The notes under the pieces: generated by a model | The model's database searches: none | What the model saw: the letters and a program-made list of their open reading frames with translations, nothing else | What the model was told of the DNA's origin: nothing | Origin: a virus | Direction: 5' to 3' (one strand) | Length of the DNA stretch: 64,000 bases | Virus record (IMG/VR): IMGVR_UViG_3300046010_009647 | Span: 15,500-79,499 of that record | Shown here: positions 17,355 through 27,208 of the stretch, piece after piece | Layout of the letters: every line of letters begins with the position of its first letter | Position numbering within the stretch: the first letter of the stretch is position 1 | Made by a program: the position numbers and the translations under genes

Positions 17355-20176
17355 TAACTAAATCCTTTAAAGAGAGATGTAAATTCACCAAGAATCTTTT
17401 GACCAGACTTAGATTTGTAATCTTCGTCTTTTGTTTCATCTTCAAATAGTTTAAAATAACTAGGCGCAGGTTTTTCTTTTGTTCCAGTAGTACTGGTTTT
17501 TTCTGTATCAAGAAGATTTTGAATGGACAGTAAAGATTCAAAAGGATCCTTACTTGTTAATCCGGCATAACCACCACCCAACTCCAATCCTTTACCACTC
17601 TTACTGAGAAGCTCCATCTCACCTCTATCTATGTCGGGCATAAACTCGGTATAAAAATTATCTTCACTACCTTGGTACCCAGCGCCTTTAAATATCTTGT
17701 AAAGATCTGTCTCATATTTTGAACTTGCTTCTTTTTTGTCTTCCGGACGTTCAATGTATTCAACACCCAGCTCTTCTTGGCTAGGTGTAACTTTCTTTTC
17801 GTTCAAATACTTGATTGATTCACGTATTTGTTTGGCAGCTCCTGTCCTAAAAAATTCAATGATGTACTCCTTGACTTGATCAATCCCCATGTCTTTACTA
17901 CTTAAACCTAATGTTTCAAGCAGCTTGTCCCACTCTTCTTTGTGCTGTTCTGGATCAATTCCTTCAAGTAAACGATCTGCAAATTCTTCTGGTGTGACAA
18001 AGTTTAAAAATGTAACGTCACCAATATTCAATTTTTCATTTGTAATTTCTGGAAGGATTTTGTTTTGGATGTAATCATCGGCATCTTTTAAAGTGATTAA
18101 ATCTTTTGCCGGATCAAACCCATTGGCTGCTCCCTTAACTTGATAGTGGAGTTTTGCGAATTGATTTTTGTCATTGATGTTGAGACCATAATGGTACGCC
18201 CATTGATTCCACGTCCAGTTGGTACCAGGTACCAGGCTGGTAGCACCTTTGTTTCTTGCTTCTTCCCAGTCTTTATTTATTTGTTCTTTTTGCGTTGTAT
18301 ATTTTGTTAACTTTGGGTCATCTTTTTCAAAATTACCTGTGGGATTCCAGTAAAAATCAGCATTGAAGTTCAAAGGCGCAGTACTACGGACGCCATCTAG
18401 GTAAGCCTTGGCCCTTACATCAGCAATGTCTCTTAAAGAATCAAGGGCACTTTGTGTTTGGAAAACGTTTTGTTCATTTTGCTTTACATCCATGTAGCTA
18501 ATGAATTCACTCATTGAACGTGAAGTATCAAACCTTGGTTTCAAGTAGCGATCAATATAGTCTTTTGCAAATTCTGCGTCGACAGTATACGTTTTACTTG
18601 GATCTAATGGATCAGTAACGGTCATGCCTCCTTCATAACCTTTTGTTAGTTCACCATCAAACCATTTTTGCCAGTTATAGACTGCCGTGCTTCTGCTTGG
18701 TATCCCTGTTGCTCTTTCTAGACTCTTTTCTAAACCTTCTTGAATATCTTCTGGATCTCCCATCCAGCCCAATACGCCACCGATACCAGTGTCACCAAGT
18801 AAAGAATTTGCTAAAGACTCATTAACGGCAACGACTTCTTTTAGTCCAGGCAAATTTGTATACATATCAAACGCCTGTTCTTTTTGTTTTGCAATCCTTA
18901 GTTGATTGGCAGCTTTCTTCAGAGAATCGCTTGTTAAAGAACCAAATACTTGCTGTTGTTGTTGTTCCTTTTCCCCTAAAACGCCGGAGAGTCTTCCTTC
19001 TAAATAGGTTGTTCCTTTGTTGACTTTTATCTTGTCACGTAAACGATCAGGAATATAGTCAAGTGTTGGAACAGCTAATGTTCCATTGTCATATTCTTTC
19101 TTTTGATCGCTGGGCAAAGAGCTGTACCATTCTTTTAAAACAGCAGGGTCTTGCGCTTTAGCCCAGTCTTTTATGTTGTCAAACCTATCTGCTAAGCCAA
19201 GAACTTGATCACGATATTGTTGATAATCAGCATCTGTTAGATACTCTTTATAGTTCTCAGTTATGTTTGGACGTTCTGCAGCATTACCGCGATCTCCTGC
19301 AGCCTTTCCTTGTGTTGTGTAGTACCAGTGCAGGTAAGAATCCCTGTTGAATCTACCAACAACATCTAAATCCGGAATGTATTGACCTGCGACGTATAGC
19401 GACGTTTGAGCCTGGTCCCATTGACGTTGCGCTTCTTGTCCACCGTTTGTATTTAGACGATAGTAAGAGGCATCAAAACCACCCGTAGGTGGTTGAGCAC
19501 CTTGTGATCTGCCGTCCCAAGGCGTTACTTTCTTTTGGTAAGAAGCTGATAAGACATTAATTCCATTGTTCTGTACAAGATCAGCAAATTTAACATCTCC
19601 AAGGGAGGATCCAACTCCTTCCATCAGGGACTTGTAATTCCCTGGTTTAGCATTATTAAACTTTGCTACTACATTGTTATAGCTTGAAAGGGCTCCTTGG
19701 CCGATTAAAGAAGAATTAGCAATGAATACATTACCATTACCATCAACGCTTAGTTTTGCACCAGGGAGTACGCGGTCTTCGTTGGAACCTCCCCTTTTGG
19801 TCCAGTGATCTGACCCGTACGCATCGGAAGCGCTTTCATTACTTGCAGGATAACCATTGCGATCCTGGTAGACCATGACAGTGGTATATGAACCACGGCC
19901 ATTTACGCCTGGTTGATCAGGAAAACCATTTGTATTTACAACTTTGGGAGTCGCTCTTCCCTCTCGTGTGCCATAGTCTTGGTAATGCTTGTAACCCCAA
20001 TCCCATTTAGCTACACCTGTTTTTGCGTTTTCGGCTTGCCATGCCGCACTTAAGTCAGGATTTACATCAACATATTGCGCCCAATGAATATTATTTCTAT
20101 CGTTTAACCAGCTATTGTATCCATTCCTAAGATCGCCATAAGTAGATACGTATTCACTAAATAAGCCCATTAGCAC
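17354..20176 (-). CDS. Large putative virion protein, 940 aa
   Basis: Repeated Y..NPDL...HY..YG..EGR-like motifs; late operon context. Confidence 0.6.
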   Translation of the reverse strand: MLMGLFSEYVSTYGDLRNGYNSWLNDRNNIHWAQYVDVNPDLSAAWQAENAKTGVAKWDWGYKHYQDYGTREGRATPKVVNTNGFPDQPGVNGRGSYTTVMVYQDRNGYPASNESASDAYGSDHWTKRGGSNEDRVLPGAKLSVDGNGNVFIANSSLIGQGALSSYNNVVAKFNNAKPGNYKSLMEGVGSSLGDVKFADLVQNNGINVLSASYQKKVTPWDGRSQGAQPPTGGFDASYYRLNTNGGQEAQRQWDQAQTSLYVAGQYIPDLDVVGRFNRDSYLHWYYTTQGKAAGDRGNAAERPNITENYKEYLTDADYQQYRDQVLGLADRFDNIKDWAKAQDPAVLKEWYSSLPSDQKKEYDNGTLAVPTLDYIPDRLRDKIKVNKGTTYLEGRLSGVLGEKEQQQQQVFGSLTSDSLKKAANQLRIAKQKEQAFDMYTNLPGLKEVVAVNESLANSLLGDTGIGGVLGWMGDPEDIQEGLEKSLERATGIPSRSTAVYNWQKWFDGELTKGYEGGMTVTDPLDPSKTYTVDAEFAKDYIDRYLKPRFDTSRSMSEFISYMDVKQNEQNVFQTQSALDSLRDIADVRAKAYLDGVRSTAPLNFNADFYWNPTGNFEKDDPKLTKYTTQKEQINKDWEEARNKGATSLVPGTNWTWNQWAYHYGLNINDKNQFAKLHYQVKGAANGFDPAKDLITLKDADDYIQNKILPEITNEKLNIGDVTFLNFVTPEEFADRLLEGIDPEQHKEEWDKLLETLGLSSKDMGIDQVKEYIIEFFRTGAAKQIRESIKYLNEKKVTPSQEELGVEYIERPEDKKEASSKYETDLYKIFKGAGYQGSEDNFYTEFMPDIDRGEMELLSKSGKGLELGGGYAGLTSKDPFESLLSIQNLLDTEKTSTTGTKEKPAPSYFKLFEDETKDEDYKSKSGQKILGEFTSLFKGFS

Positions 20177-20508
20177 TCACCAAAAATAAAAACAGCTTCT
20201 TGTTTGATCCAGGCTTCAATCCTATCAAGGTTTACAGAAGAAAAGAACTCTTGTCTTTCAAACCAATTCTTCATATCTTCTGATCCTTTGTGTGCGTTGC
20301 AGCGACGACAGCAAGGAAGTAAGTTATGTCGGTTAGAAGAGCCGGACTTAAAGCGTGGGATGATGTGATCCAGGCTTGTGGCAGCATCGCCACAATAACC
20401 ACACTTATGATCCCAGGCTTGATATATACTTTCTCTGAAACGTTTCTTGGCAAGTTTGGGTGTTAATTCAACTAGCAGGGCGAGGGGCTCGTGCTCGTTG
20501 CAAAACAT
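20170..20508 (-). CDS. HNH endonuclease
   Basis: CGYCG..SLDHIIPRFKSG..NLLPCCRRCN..KG. Confidence 0.9.
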   Translation of the reverse strand: MFCNEHEPLALLVELTPKLAKKRFRESIYQAWDHKCGYCGDAATSLDHIIPRFKSGSSNRHNLLPCCRRCNAHKGSEDMKNWFERQEFFSSVNLDRIEAWIKQEAVFIFGEC

Positions 20509-20644
20509 GCTCTTCGATTGCCGTTAATTTATTCTAATTTCCCTACACAGTTTCGCGGTCACAACAAAGAGATAAAACTTTTCTTAAGACCGTTGACAGG
20601 GCCTTGACTCGCGATAGGGTATGTAGGTAACGACTGCCACACCA

Positions 20645-20863
20645 ATGGCTAAGCACCCTGGCTGGGTCTCTGCTCAGCAACTTGAAGAACTCCTTGGGGT
20701 TGACCGCAAGACGCTCTTCAAGTACCGCGACGACGGCACCTTGAAGCTTGGTCCACACTACGCGGCATTTCCGGAGACCCGTTCCAGGGACAGCTATCGT
20801 TGGAATGTGACAGCAGTCAGGCGACACCTGCAAAAGCAGGGTATGATGCCGGTAGCCGCTTGA
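20645..20863 (+). CDS. Excisionase-like HTH protein
   Basis: WVSAQQLEELLGVDRKTLFKYRDDG..GPHY..YRWN; TTGACA-N16-TAGGGT upstream (20593-20620). Confidence 0.7.
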   Translation: MAKHPGWVSAQQLEELLGVDRKTLFKYRDDGTLKLGPHYAAFPETRSRDSYRWNVTAVRRHLQKQGMMPVAA

Positions 20864-21239
20864 CCCGCCTATAGTGATTCTTGCGCATTTTGTGAGCAAT
20901 GACTAAGTCAGTAATGTTGAGTTCAACATTCTGAAAAGCCATTGCCTCATACATGGACGAACTGATGGACGGCAAGCAGCTCTGCAAATCGCAGGGCTGT
21001 TTTTCTTTTAGACCAAACAAGAAAACCCACTGTGGATGTAGTGGGCGGACAAGTCGCTTTTTACCGGGGACAGATATGGAAAGATCTGGTCCCCAATCAA
21101 GGTCAATTAGTTCTTCTGGTTTAAGGCCATAGGTTGCAACCATGCCGTAAAGCCAGGCAATCTCTTTTGTTTTTCTGCTGGATGCTAAGCGGAAATATTC
21201 ATCCACAATCCGCTGATCCAGGGGCGGTTGGTGGTTCAT
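20817..21239 (-). CDS. Degenerate tyrosine-recombinase-like protein (catalytic residues missing)
   Basis: WLYGMVATYGLKPEE (cf. GLRxxE), RLVRPLHPQW, DLVIAHKMR (cf. DLRHxxxxR); no Tyr box. Confidence 0.6.
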   Translation of the reverse strand: MNHQPPLDQRIVDEYFRLASSRKTKEIAWLYGMVATYGLKPEELIDLDWGPDLSISVPGKKRLVRPLHPQWVFLFGLKEKQPCDLQSCLPSISSSMYEAMAFQNVELNITDLVIAHKMRKNHYRRVKRLPASYPAFAGVA

Positions 21240-21312
21240 GTGTTGTATGAGCTAAGTACCTGCACCATATCGAACGGTGGGCTTGGCTCGCAAGGGGTAA
21301 AGAAAACCTTAA

Positions 21313-21330
21313 TAAGTCTCGTGAGACTTA
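21313..21330. promoter_or_regulatory. 8-2-8 inverted repeat, candidate operator
   Basis: TAAGTCTC-GT-GAGACTTA. Confidence 0.55.
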
Positions 21331-21351
21331 AATACAAGTATAACGTAAGTG

Positions 21352-22881
21352 TTATGGTTTGTAAGGAAGGCCGTTCTTGTCGAACATCGTGAAACCTTGC
21401 ATCACAATAAATTGAGTTGGGACATTGAATAGTTTTTGCATCATTGGCATCATCATTGGAGATTGGCAGTTATATGGCGGTACATCCATTTGGGATAATG
21501 AAAAACGATTCAAGTCGGATGCCAGTGCTTCTTTCTGCTCATTCTCTGTTTGATCAACAAGTTTTTGTTCCCACGCTGCCATGCTCCCAACACCTACAGG
21601 GAAATCAGAAGGCTCGGGCGGGAATGTATTATCTGCAAACTTAAGTGCGTAGATGTGTTTGCAATAACGTAATTCATCGAGCAGTGGTTCCCAATTATCT
21701 GTTAAAGATGTGACGGTTCCTCTGTCACTACTGTAATCTTGATAGGCAGGCATTCCATCTGACGCAGTACCAGGGATGGCGGGGTTTGGTGTCTTCCTAG
21801 TGTAAGTTGCGCCAAAATCTCTGTATACACCAGGGTTGTCGCGTGTTGCGTTACGATCCACCTTGGATGGGGCAACGTCAAAAGGAAGTGTAAAACCACT
21901 AGGTGCATAGACAGTCATCTGCCTGTTTACGGCTGCAACCGTCATGGCACTGTTGTTTAAGACACCTGCCAGTGTGGTTTCTTCGTAACGACCGGGCTTG
22001 ATTGAAGAAGCACCACTGCGTGGATACAGTTTCTTGATGGGTTTGGTGATGTCACGCATGAAGGCAAAATCACGGTGCGTAAAGTCTTGACACGAACAAC
22101 AAAACCTTGCACCTGTAATGAGATAACGCCCAATCGTAAAGGGCTGTGGAGCAGGGGAAATATACTCTTTGTCTGGTGTAACTTGAACAGATCCCGATTT
22201 GCGTACCGTTAATACACCCGTCGTTGGGTTTGTAGCAACCAAGACGGCCTGGATATAGCCATATCGCTTTTGCGTTTGTGGGTCAATAGTGTCGCGATCA
22301 ATGATTTCTCCGTCAACAGAAATGACACGATCTTCAAGGATCTCACTATTTAACGGTGTCAAACCACCTGGTACCCCTGGAACCGCAACAAAGAATGGCG
22401 GAGGAAGTGGGTTGCCTGCACTCCAGGAACCAGCAAGTTTTACGTACCAGTTATTTGCATCTTCTGTAATTGATTCAACGAATAGCCTTTGATTGGTAAT
22501 GGGATCTTTTAGTTTGTCGCTACGCATGGATCCGGCATAACGCCAGCCAGCCCAGTGCATACCCATCTCTTTGTTCCTAGTCGGGAACCCGACAAAAGTC
22601 CCGGATACAACAGGAGATGGATTAACAACAGAACTTGGCGTGCCAGATGGCACGGGAATTTGATATTGGAATGGGTAATTGTATCCGTTGTCGAAGAAAG
22701 TTGCTGTTGCTAGTTCATAGCCACGGCGCCAACGAGACCACGCAGACTCTCTATTGGCAGAGTAAATAGAATCTGGAACTGAGCCCTTAGAGAATTCAGT
22801 CGTTATCGGTTTAACGGACCGTGGATCAAAAACCTCGGACCGACTGAAATTACCAAAAGAGCTTCCACTCTTTTTGGCCAT
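21352..22881 (-). CDS. Protein with split SWIM-type zinc finger
   Basis: FCCSCQDF and YCKHIYA about 140 aa apart. Confidence 0.65.
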   Translation of the reverse strand: MAKKSGSSFGNFSRSEVFDPRSVKPITTEFSKGSVPDSIYSANRESAWSRWRRGYELATATFFDNGYNYPFQYQIPVPSGTPSSVVNPSPVVSGTFVGFPTRNKEMGMHWAGWRYAGSMRSDKLKDPITNQRLFVESITEDANNWYVKLAGSWSAGNPLPPPFFVAVPGVPGGLTPLNSEILEDRVISVDGEIIDRDTIDPQTQKRYGYIQAVLVATNPTTGVLTVRKSGSVQVTPDKEYISPAPQPFTIGRYLITGARFCCSCQDFTHRDFAFMRDITKPIKKLYPRSGASSIKPGRYEETTLAGVLNNSAMTVAAVNRQMTVYAPSGFTLPFDVAPSKVDRNATRDNPGVYRDFGATYTRKTPNPAIPGTASDGMPAYQDYSSDRGTVTSLTDNWEPLLDELRYCKHIYALKFADNTFPPEPSDFPVGVGSMAAWEQKLVDQTENEQKEALASDLNRFSLSQMDVPPYNCQSPMMMPMMQKLFNVPTQFIVMQGFTMFDKNGLPYKP

Positions 22882-22883
22882 AA

Positions 22884-23663
22884 TCAGAAGAAGCCGCCTT
22901 GGGCAAGGATATGAGCCCCTGGGATGTAGCCGGAAACGTTGGGACCATCAGGGAACACACCAACGTAAATGCGGTCACCTCGCTCCAGGTAAACACCTTT
23001 ATTGCGTAACGGAGCAGTAGGACCTAATCCAGTGGTATTACCAGCTTGTGCAACAGGAGCGGCAAGTTGTGGCATCAGATCTGAGCAGTCAACTGTGCCA
23101 CTGTTGGCAGGGAGAGTCTTGGCGAAGAGTACGCGGTAATCACCTGACGCAGGGATAGGTACGGTCGTACCACGGGTTTGGTAGAACACAAAAGTTACCG
23201 CCGGCTGGTAGCCGTAAGCAACACCATTGAACAGGAAACCGCTCGATGTACCACCAGAGTACACAAGAGACGTATTAACGCCCGTTAGTGTTGCACCACC
23301 AGTATATGTGTAATAGCCGTAACCACTTGCGGCAGGAGTGGTCAAGACCCCAGTGGCAGCAACAAACACAACCTGACCACTGACAAGAGATACAACAGTG
23401 CCAGAAGTCGAAGCGTTAACGGTGTAATCTGGGCCACGATAGAAATCATTGCGGCTGATCGTAATGGAATCAACAATACCGCCGTTGTTATTATCCTCTT
23501 GCAGAGCAGCATCCATATCGACCAAGATCGATGGAGCCTGGCCGCCCTGTACAAAAAGGGTATTGGCAGTAGAACTACCAACTGTCTGTGTCGTTACACG
23601 AACCGAATCGAATAACGGACGATCAATAAGCAATGGTTGCTTGTTGGTGCTAGTCGACGCCAA
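22884..23663 (-). CDS. Putative structural protein
   Basis: TSTNKQPLLIDRP start, G.YLERGD.IYVG end; TTG start. Confidence 0.55.
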   Translation of the reverse strand: MASTSTNKQPLLIDRPLFDSVRVTTQTVGSSTANTLFVQGGQAPSILVDMDAALQEDNNNGGIVDSITISRNDFYRGPDYTVNASTSGTVVSLVSGQVVFVAATGVLTTPAASGYGYYTYTGGATLTGVNTSLVYSGGTSSGFLFNGVAYGYQPAVTFVFYQTRGTTVPIPASGDYRVLFAKTLPANSGTVDCSDLMPQLAAPVAQAGNTTGLGPTAPLRNKGVYLERGDRIYVGVFPDGPNVSGYIPGAHILAQGGFF

Positions 23664-23705
23664 TGTTCTACTGCGCTTTTACTGATTCGTTTATTCTAAC
23701 TTGTT

Positions 23706-24419
23706 TTACTCGTAAAGATTTGTGTTTAAAAACATTTGGAAGGGATCGATTAAAAGATTTGAACGCGGCGGATTAAATGCCTGGCTCATAAGTTCTTGTT
23801 TGAACATATCTTTAACGGAGAGTTCTTTTGGTTGATTAGCAGCCAAGGCTGCCATCAGTCCCTGGAACAAGCCAGATGTTTGTTCGGGTGTACTCTGTGA
23901 AGTAGAAGTGGAAGCAGACGTAGGAGAAGCTTGTGGTGTTTGTCCATAAACTTTCTGCAGCTCGGAAAGCTTTTTAACGGGTTGGCCGTAATAGCTTTGA
24001 CCACTTTCTGTTGGCAGAGAAGCCCACTCAGGTGCTAGGGCAGCAGAAACCTTTGGACTAAAACCTTCCTTTTCTAAAACTGATAAACCACCAATCGGCA
24101 TCAAACGATTGCGCATCAGACGTACTGCAGCAAGATCTTGGCTTTGTTGACCAAAATCAGACAGTCCTAAAGCTTTTGCTTGGGCTTCCCAAGTGAACGG
24201 CATGAGCTGATAAGCGCCTGCTGCAGCGCTTGAATATTTACCGCCTTTAATGACTTTATCTGGATGGCGCTTTAAGTCTGGAGCAAGACCGCCACCAAAC
24301 ATCACGCGATAAGAATCCGGTCCACCACGTTCAGTACCTTCTGCAAAACGAATTACTCGTAAAGCATTCTGAATGGCGGGTTTTGGTACGAAGCTTTGAA
24401 GTAATTCGCGTTCTGTCAT
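23706..24419 (-). CDS. Lambda R-like lytic transglycosylase, probably virion-associated
   Basis: IRFAEGT, SAAAGAYQ, DF...SQDLAA, LAPEWASLP, YYGQP. Confidence 0.88.
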   Translation of the reverse strand: MTERELLQSFVPKPAIQNALRVIRFAEGTERGGPDSYRVMFGGGLAPDLKRHPDKVIKGGKYSSAAAGAYQLMPFTWEAQAKALGLSDFGQQSQDLAAVRLMRNRLMPIGGLSVLEKEGFSPKVSAALAPEWASLPTESGQSYYGQPVKKLSELQKVYGQTPQASPTSASTSTSQSTPEQTSGLFQGLMAALAANQPKELSVKDMFKQELMSQAFNPPRSNLLIDPFQMFLNTNLYE

Positions 24420-24429
24420 TTTTATTGCC

Positions 24430-24546
24430 TCATTCTCCTACCCAATTTGAACTCGCTTTGAGACCAGGAATAAATACAGCTTGTAATGCAACAACGAGGC
24501 TGAGCTTGGTCGCAAGGCGTTTAACAAAATTAGGGCAGAGAATCAT
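24430..24546 (-). CDS. 38-aa signal-peptide-like ORF
   Basis: MILCPNFVKRLATKLSLVVALQAVFIPGLKASSNWVGE. Confidence 0.45.
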   Translation of the reverse strand: MILCPNFVKRLATKLSLVVALQAVFIPGLKASSNWVGE

Positions 24547-24600
24547 GGGTCTAAAGCAACAACACTGGCCCCCGTGAATCAAGGATTCGTGTCCAGTAGG

Positions 24601-24627
24601 TTGGGCTTACATGCTAAGCAATGCCAA
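24601..24627 (-). ncRNA. Bulged-stem RNA motif, family A, only late-strand copy
   Basis: TTGG-CA-T-TGC-TTA-GCA-TG-TAAGC-CCAA on the minus strand. Confidence 0.6.
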
Positions 24628-24632
24628 AGATT

Positions 24633-25583
24633 TTACTTATTGGTAAGAATACGTGCAAGCATTGCCTGTCTGTAGGCTTCTGCAAGATCTTGTGCTTGTG
24701 TCTGAGGAGTTGGCGCTGTCTGCGGCATAGGAGTAACCAAAGACCCGCCACCTGTTACAGCATTAAACATAGACTCTGTTGCAGAACCAAAAGAAGGCAA
24801 CTGCCCGGGCATTGGTGTCACATCGGGACGAACACCAAATTCATTAGCGGGAGCAACGGCATTTAACATTGCTTCTGATTCAGCCGGGAGAGCAGGCACT
24901 GGTGCGCCACCAGGGTACAACGTACGTTGTATAGCTTCATAACCAGATTGACCGGGCTTCACTTGCTTGGCAAGACCGCCATATTTTGCAGCCCAAATCT
25001 CCATGCCTTTATCACGTAGATCATTGCGCAATTGACCAACGTTTTGGAACTCAGGATTTTGTGCGGTTAACTGAGCAATACGACTACGTTCTGCGTTATA
25101 AGCTTGTTCTTCTGGTGAAAGTTTGACGGGAGGTGTTACAGAAGGTGGACGTGTCCCACCAGGTGCTGCTGGTTGGCGTGCAGGTTCTGCAGCAGCAAGT
25201 GCTAGTTGATCAGCGGAAAATAAACTACCGTACTGTCCACCGACGTTCCCGGGAGCACGTTTATAAACAAGATCTTGACCACTTTGTGCAGGATACCAAG
25301 TCTGACCGCCTACGTTAATGGGACCAGTTGCTGCAGTCGTTTGATTCCAACCACCTTTGCCTAGTAAAACTTCTTGACCACCAAGTTTAGCGCCATAGAG
25401 ATTAGGCACTGCTCCGCCGCCAACTCCTGAAAGGTTTTGAAGCATTCCAATAAACGGGTTGGCAGGCTTAGCGCCCGTAATTGCCCCTCCTGAACGAAGC
25501 CTGTTGAGGACGGCTTGTTGCTCCCTTGCACGTTGCTGGGCAGCAGCGCTCGTAGTTGGTTTACGATTCATAATTACCTCCAA
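24633..25583 (-). CDS. Pro/Gly/Gln-rich putative virion protein
   Basis: Late operon; GMEIWAAKY..LAKQVKPGQSGY segment. Confidence 0.55.
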   Translation of the reverse strand: MEVIMNRKPTTSAAAQQRAREQQAVLNRLRSGGAITGAKPANPFIGMLQNLSGVGGGAVPNLYGAKLGGQEVLLGKGGWNQTTAATGPINVGGQTWYPAQSGQDLVYKRAPGNVGGQYGSLFSADQLALAAAEPARQPAAPGGTRPPSVTPPVKLSPEEQAYNAERSRIAQLTAQNPEFQNVGQLRNDLRDKGMEIWAAKYGGLAKQVKPGQSGYEAIQRTLYPGGAPVPALPAESEAMLNAVAPANEFGVRPDVTPMPGQLPSFGSATESMFNAVTGGGSLVTPMPQTAPTPQTQAQDLAEAYRQAMLARILTNK

Positions 25584-26035
25584 ACCTCATGTAAATAAAT
25601 GCGTGATCCCACAGCCGTATCGGCAGGGCCAGGTAAAGCCTGGATAAATTCAGCACCAGAGCGTTCGTAACGATATCTGGCTTGGAACGGATCCTTGTAG
25701 TTGGGAACGTAAAGGATGCCGGCTAAACGGTTGGTTTCGTAGAGATAAATCTCATCCCAAACCTTGAGTGCCTCTTTGGCATTACTGGATCTGATCGTAC
25801 GATCAACGTCACCAACAATACTTTCAAGGCGGGTAGAAGGTGAAGTAGCAACTTCAGTCTTCTTTTCAGCTGTGTCGCAGCGACCAATCTGAATAACGAT
25901 CTTGTCGTAAAAGTACGAATCTGGGACCGTATTCATTGCTTCTTCCAGACGGGCATAGTCACCCGCTGGCACGGAAACCGTGAAGTAGCCCAGATGATAC
26001 CGGACTCTACTTTTATCAAAGTCGCTGAGCTGCAC
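25574..26035 (-). CDS. Putative head completion/adaptor protein
   Basis: LSDFDKSRVRYHLGY helical protein downstream of capsid genes. Confidence 0.5.
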   Translation of the reverse strand: MQLSDFDKSRVRYHLGYFTVSVPAGDYARLEEAMNTVPDSYFYDKIVIQIGRCDTAEKKTEVATSPSTRLESIVGDVDRTIRSSNAKEALKVWDEIYLYETNRLAGILYVPNYKDPFQARYRYERSGAEFIQALPGPADTAVGSRIYLHEVWR

Positions 26036-26074
26036 AGCTTATTTCCGTATGTTCTCAATTATAAATGAACTGAA

Positions 26075-26707
26075 TTAAGCAAGATAAGGATTCAGCTCGG
26101 ACGAAAGAAGAGTATTGAATAAATCTGGTGTAGCACTTGGGCGCAACATTTGCTGAACCATTTCACGTTTAAATTGTGTTTTGGGACTTTCTTTTTGTTG
26201 TCCCATAAGTAGCGAGCCGAGTAAATAACCAACCATCTGATCTTGTTCATTGGATTGATTGGAAACAGAGCCAGGATTCTCTGACGAGACTGCTGCTGTA
26301 CTTGCTGTCGGCATTACATCGGTTAGCTTGCCATCTGGTGCTTTGTAACGACCAGTAGCAAGCCATTCAAGTTGTGGGTCAGTAATGAATTTTTTCCCTG
26401 CTAGTGCCAGGTGTACATGTGTGTCATGACCAGGATCACCGGGGCCGAGGGCTTCGTTAAATAAACCAAGCTGCTTAGCTCGCCAACTTAATTCACCCGT
26501 GCGCTGCTTCCAAGGGATTGCTTTCCCCCCTTCGTAGGCAGGGGCAACATCTGGACGCCAATCGGTAACGTCAATTGCCAAACCCTTGGGATGATAGCCC
26601 GTAGGTGAATGCCCACTTCCTACACCACCAAAGGCAGGGTTTTCACCAACACGTAAACCAAAACGCTGGAGGTATTTACCAATATCGACAATTGATCTTT
26701 CAGCCAT
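26075..26707 (-). CDS. M15-like (LAS) metallopeptidase-domain protein, probably virion-associated
   Basis: YHPKGLAIDV (HxxxxxxD) and HDTHVHLA (HxH). Confidence 0.7.
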   Translation of the reverse strand: MAERSIVDIGKYLQRFGLRVGENPAFGGVGSGHSPTGYHPKGLAIDVTDWRPDVAPAYEGGKAIPWKQRTGELSWRAKQLGLFNEALGPGDPGHDTHVHLALAGKKFITDPQLEWLATGRYKAPDGKLTDVMPTASTAAVSSENPGSVSNQSNEQDQMVGYLLGSLLMGQQKESPKTQFKREMVQQMLRPSATPDLFNTLLSSELNPYLA

Positions 26708-26735
26708 CGTATGTTTTATTTTTAATTGTAAGACT

Positions 26736-26759
26736 AAAAAACCCCTGGTTTCCCAGGGG
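26736..26759 (-). terminator. Rho-independent terminator ending the capsid operon
   Basis: CCCCTGG/CCAGGGG stem with T6 on the minus strand. Confidence 0.85.
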
Positions 26760-26779
26760 CTTTATGGGGAGATGAGTAA

Positions 26780-27208
26780 TCAAACTCTGATCAGGTCGGC
26801 TGCCAGGACTGAGTCCCAGTCAACACGTTTGATTTGTTTTAACTGTTCGAGATTGTTGAACCTTTCACCCGATAAGGACATCTGAAGATCTTTAATCTCT
26901 CGGGCTGTTTTCAATCCAATACCCTTAATATGATCAGCAATCATTTGGGCGGTAGCTGAATTGATATTTAAACGGTTGTCCGGGGGGAAAGTCCGTGGCT
27001 CTTCCTGTGCAGCTTTATCTTTTACTTGAAGCGTTTTTACCGTTTTGGTAGCAGCTTCATCAGGTGTAAGTTCAGTTCTGTAAGCGGTATAAAGGCGACC
27101 GTCTTGGTCTTCGACCATGTACCAATCGCCGTTATCCCATTCGCTTACAATCTTGACTCTTGCACCTGTTTTTTTGTGTTGATAAAGCATTGCTGCAGTG
27201 GTTGACAT
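26780..27208 (-). CDS. Helix-hairpin-helix (ComEA-like) DNA-binding protein
   Basis: LNINSATA..I..IKGIGLKTAREI...F.NLEQL..I. Confidence 0.8.
   Translation of the reverse strand: MSTTAAMLYQHKKTGARVKIVSEWDNGDWYMVEDQDGRLYTAYRTELTPDEAATKTVKTLQVKDKAAQEEPRTFPPDNRLNINSATAQMIADHIKGIGLKTAREIKDLQMSLSGERFNNLEQLKQIKRVDWDSVLAADLIRV

Noticed and set aside
20817-21239. Functional integrase implying a prophage
   Set aside because: Catalytic residues missing; no host genes or att junction visible
26780-27208. PsbU photosystem AMG
   Set aside because: Only the generic HhH fold is shared; no signal peptide; capsid operon context
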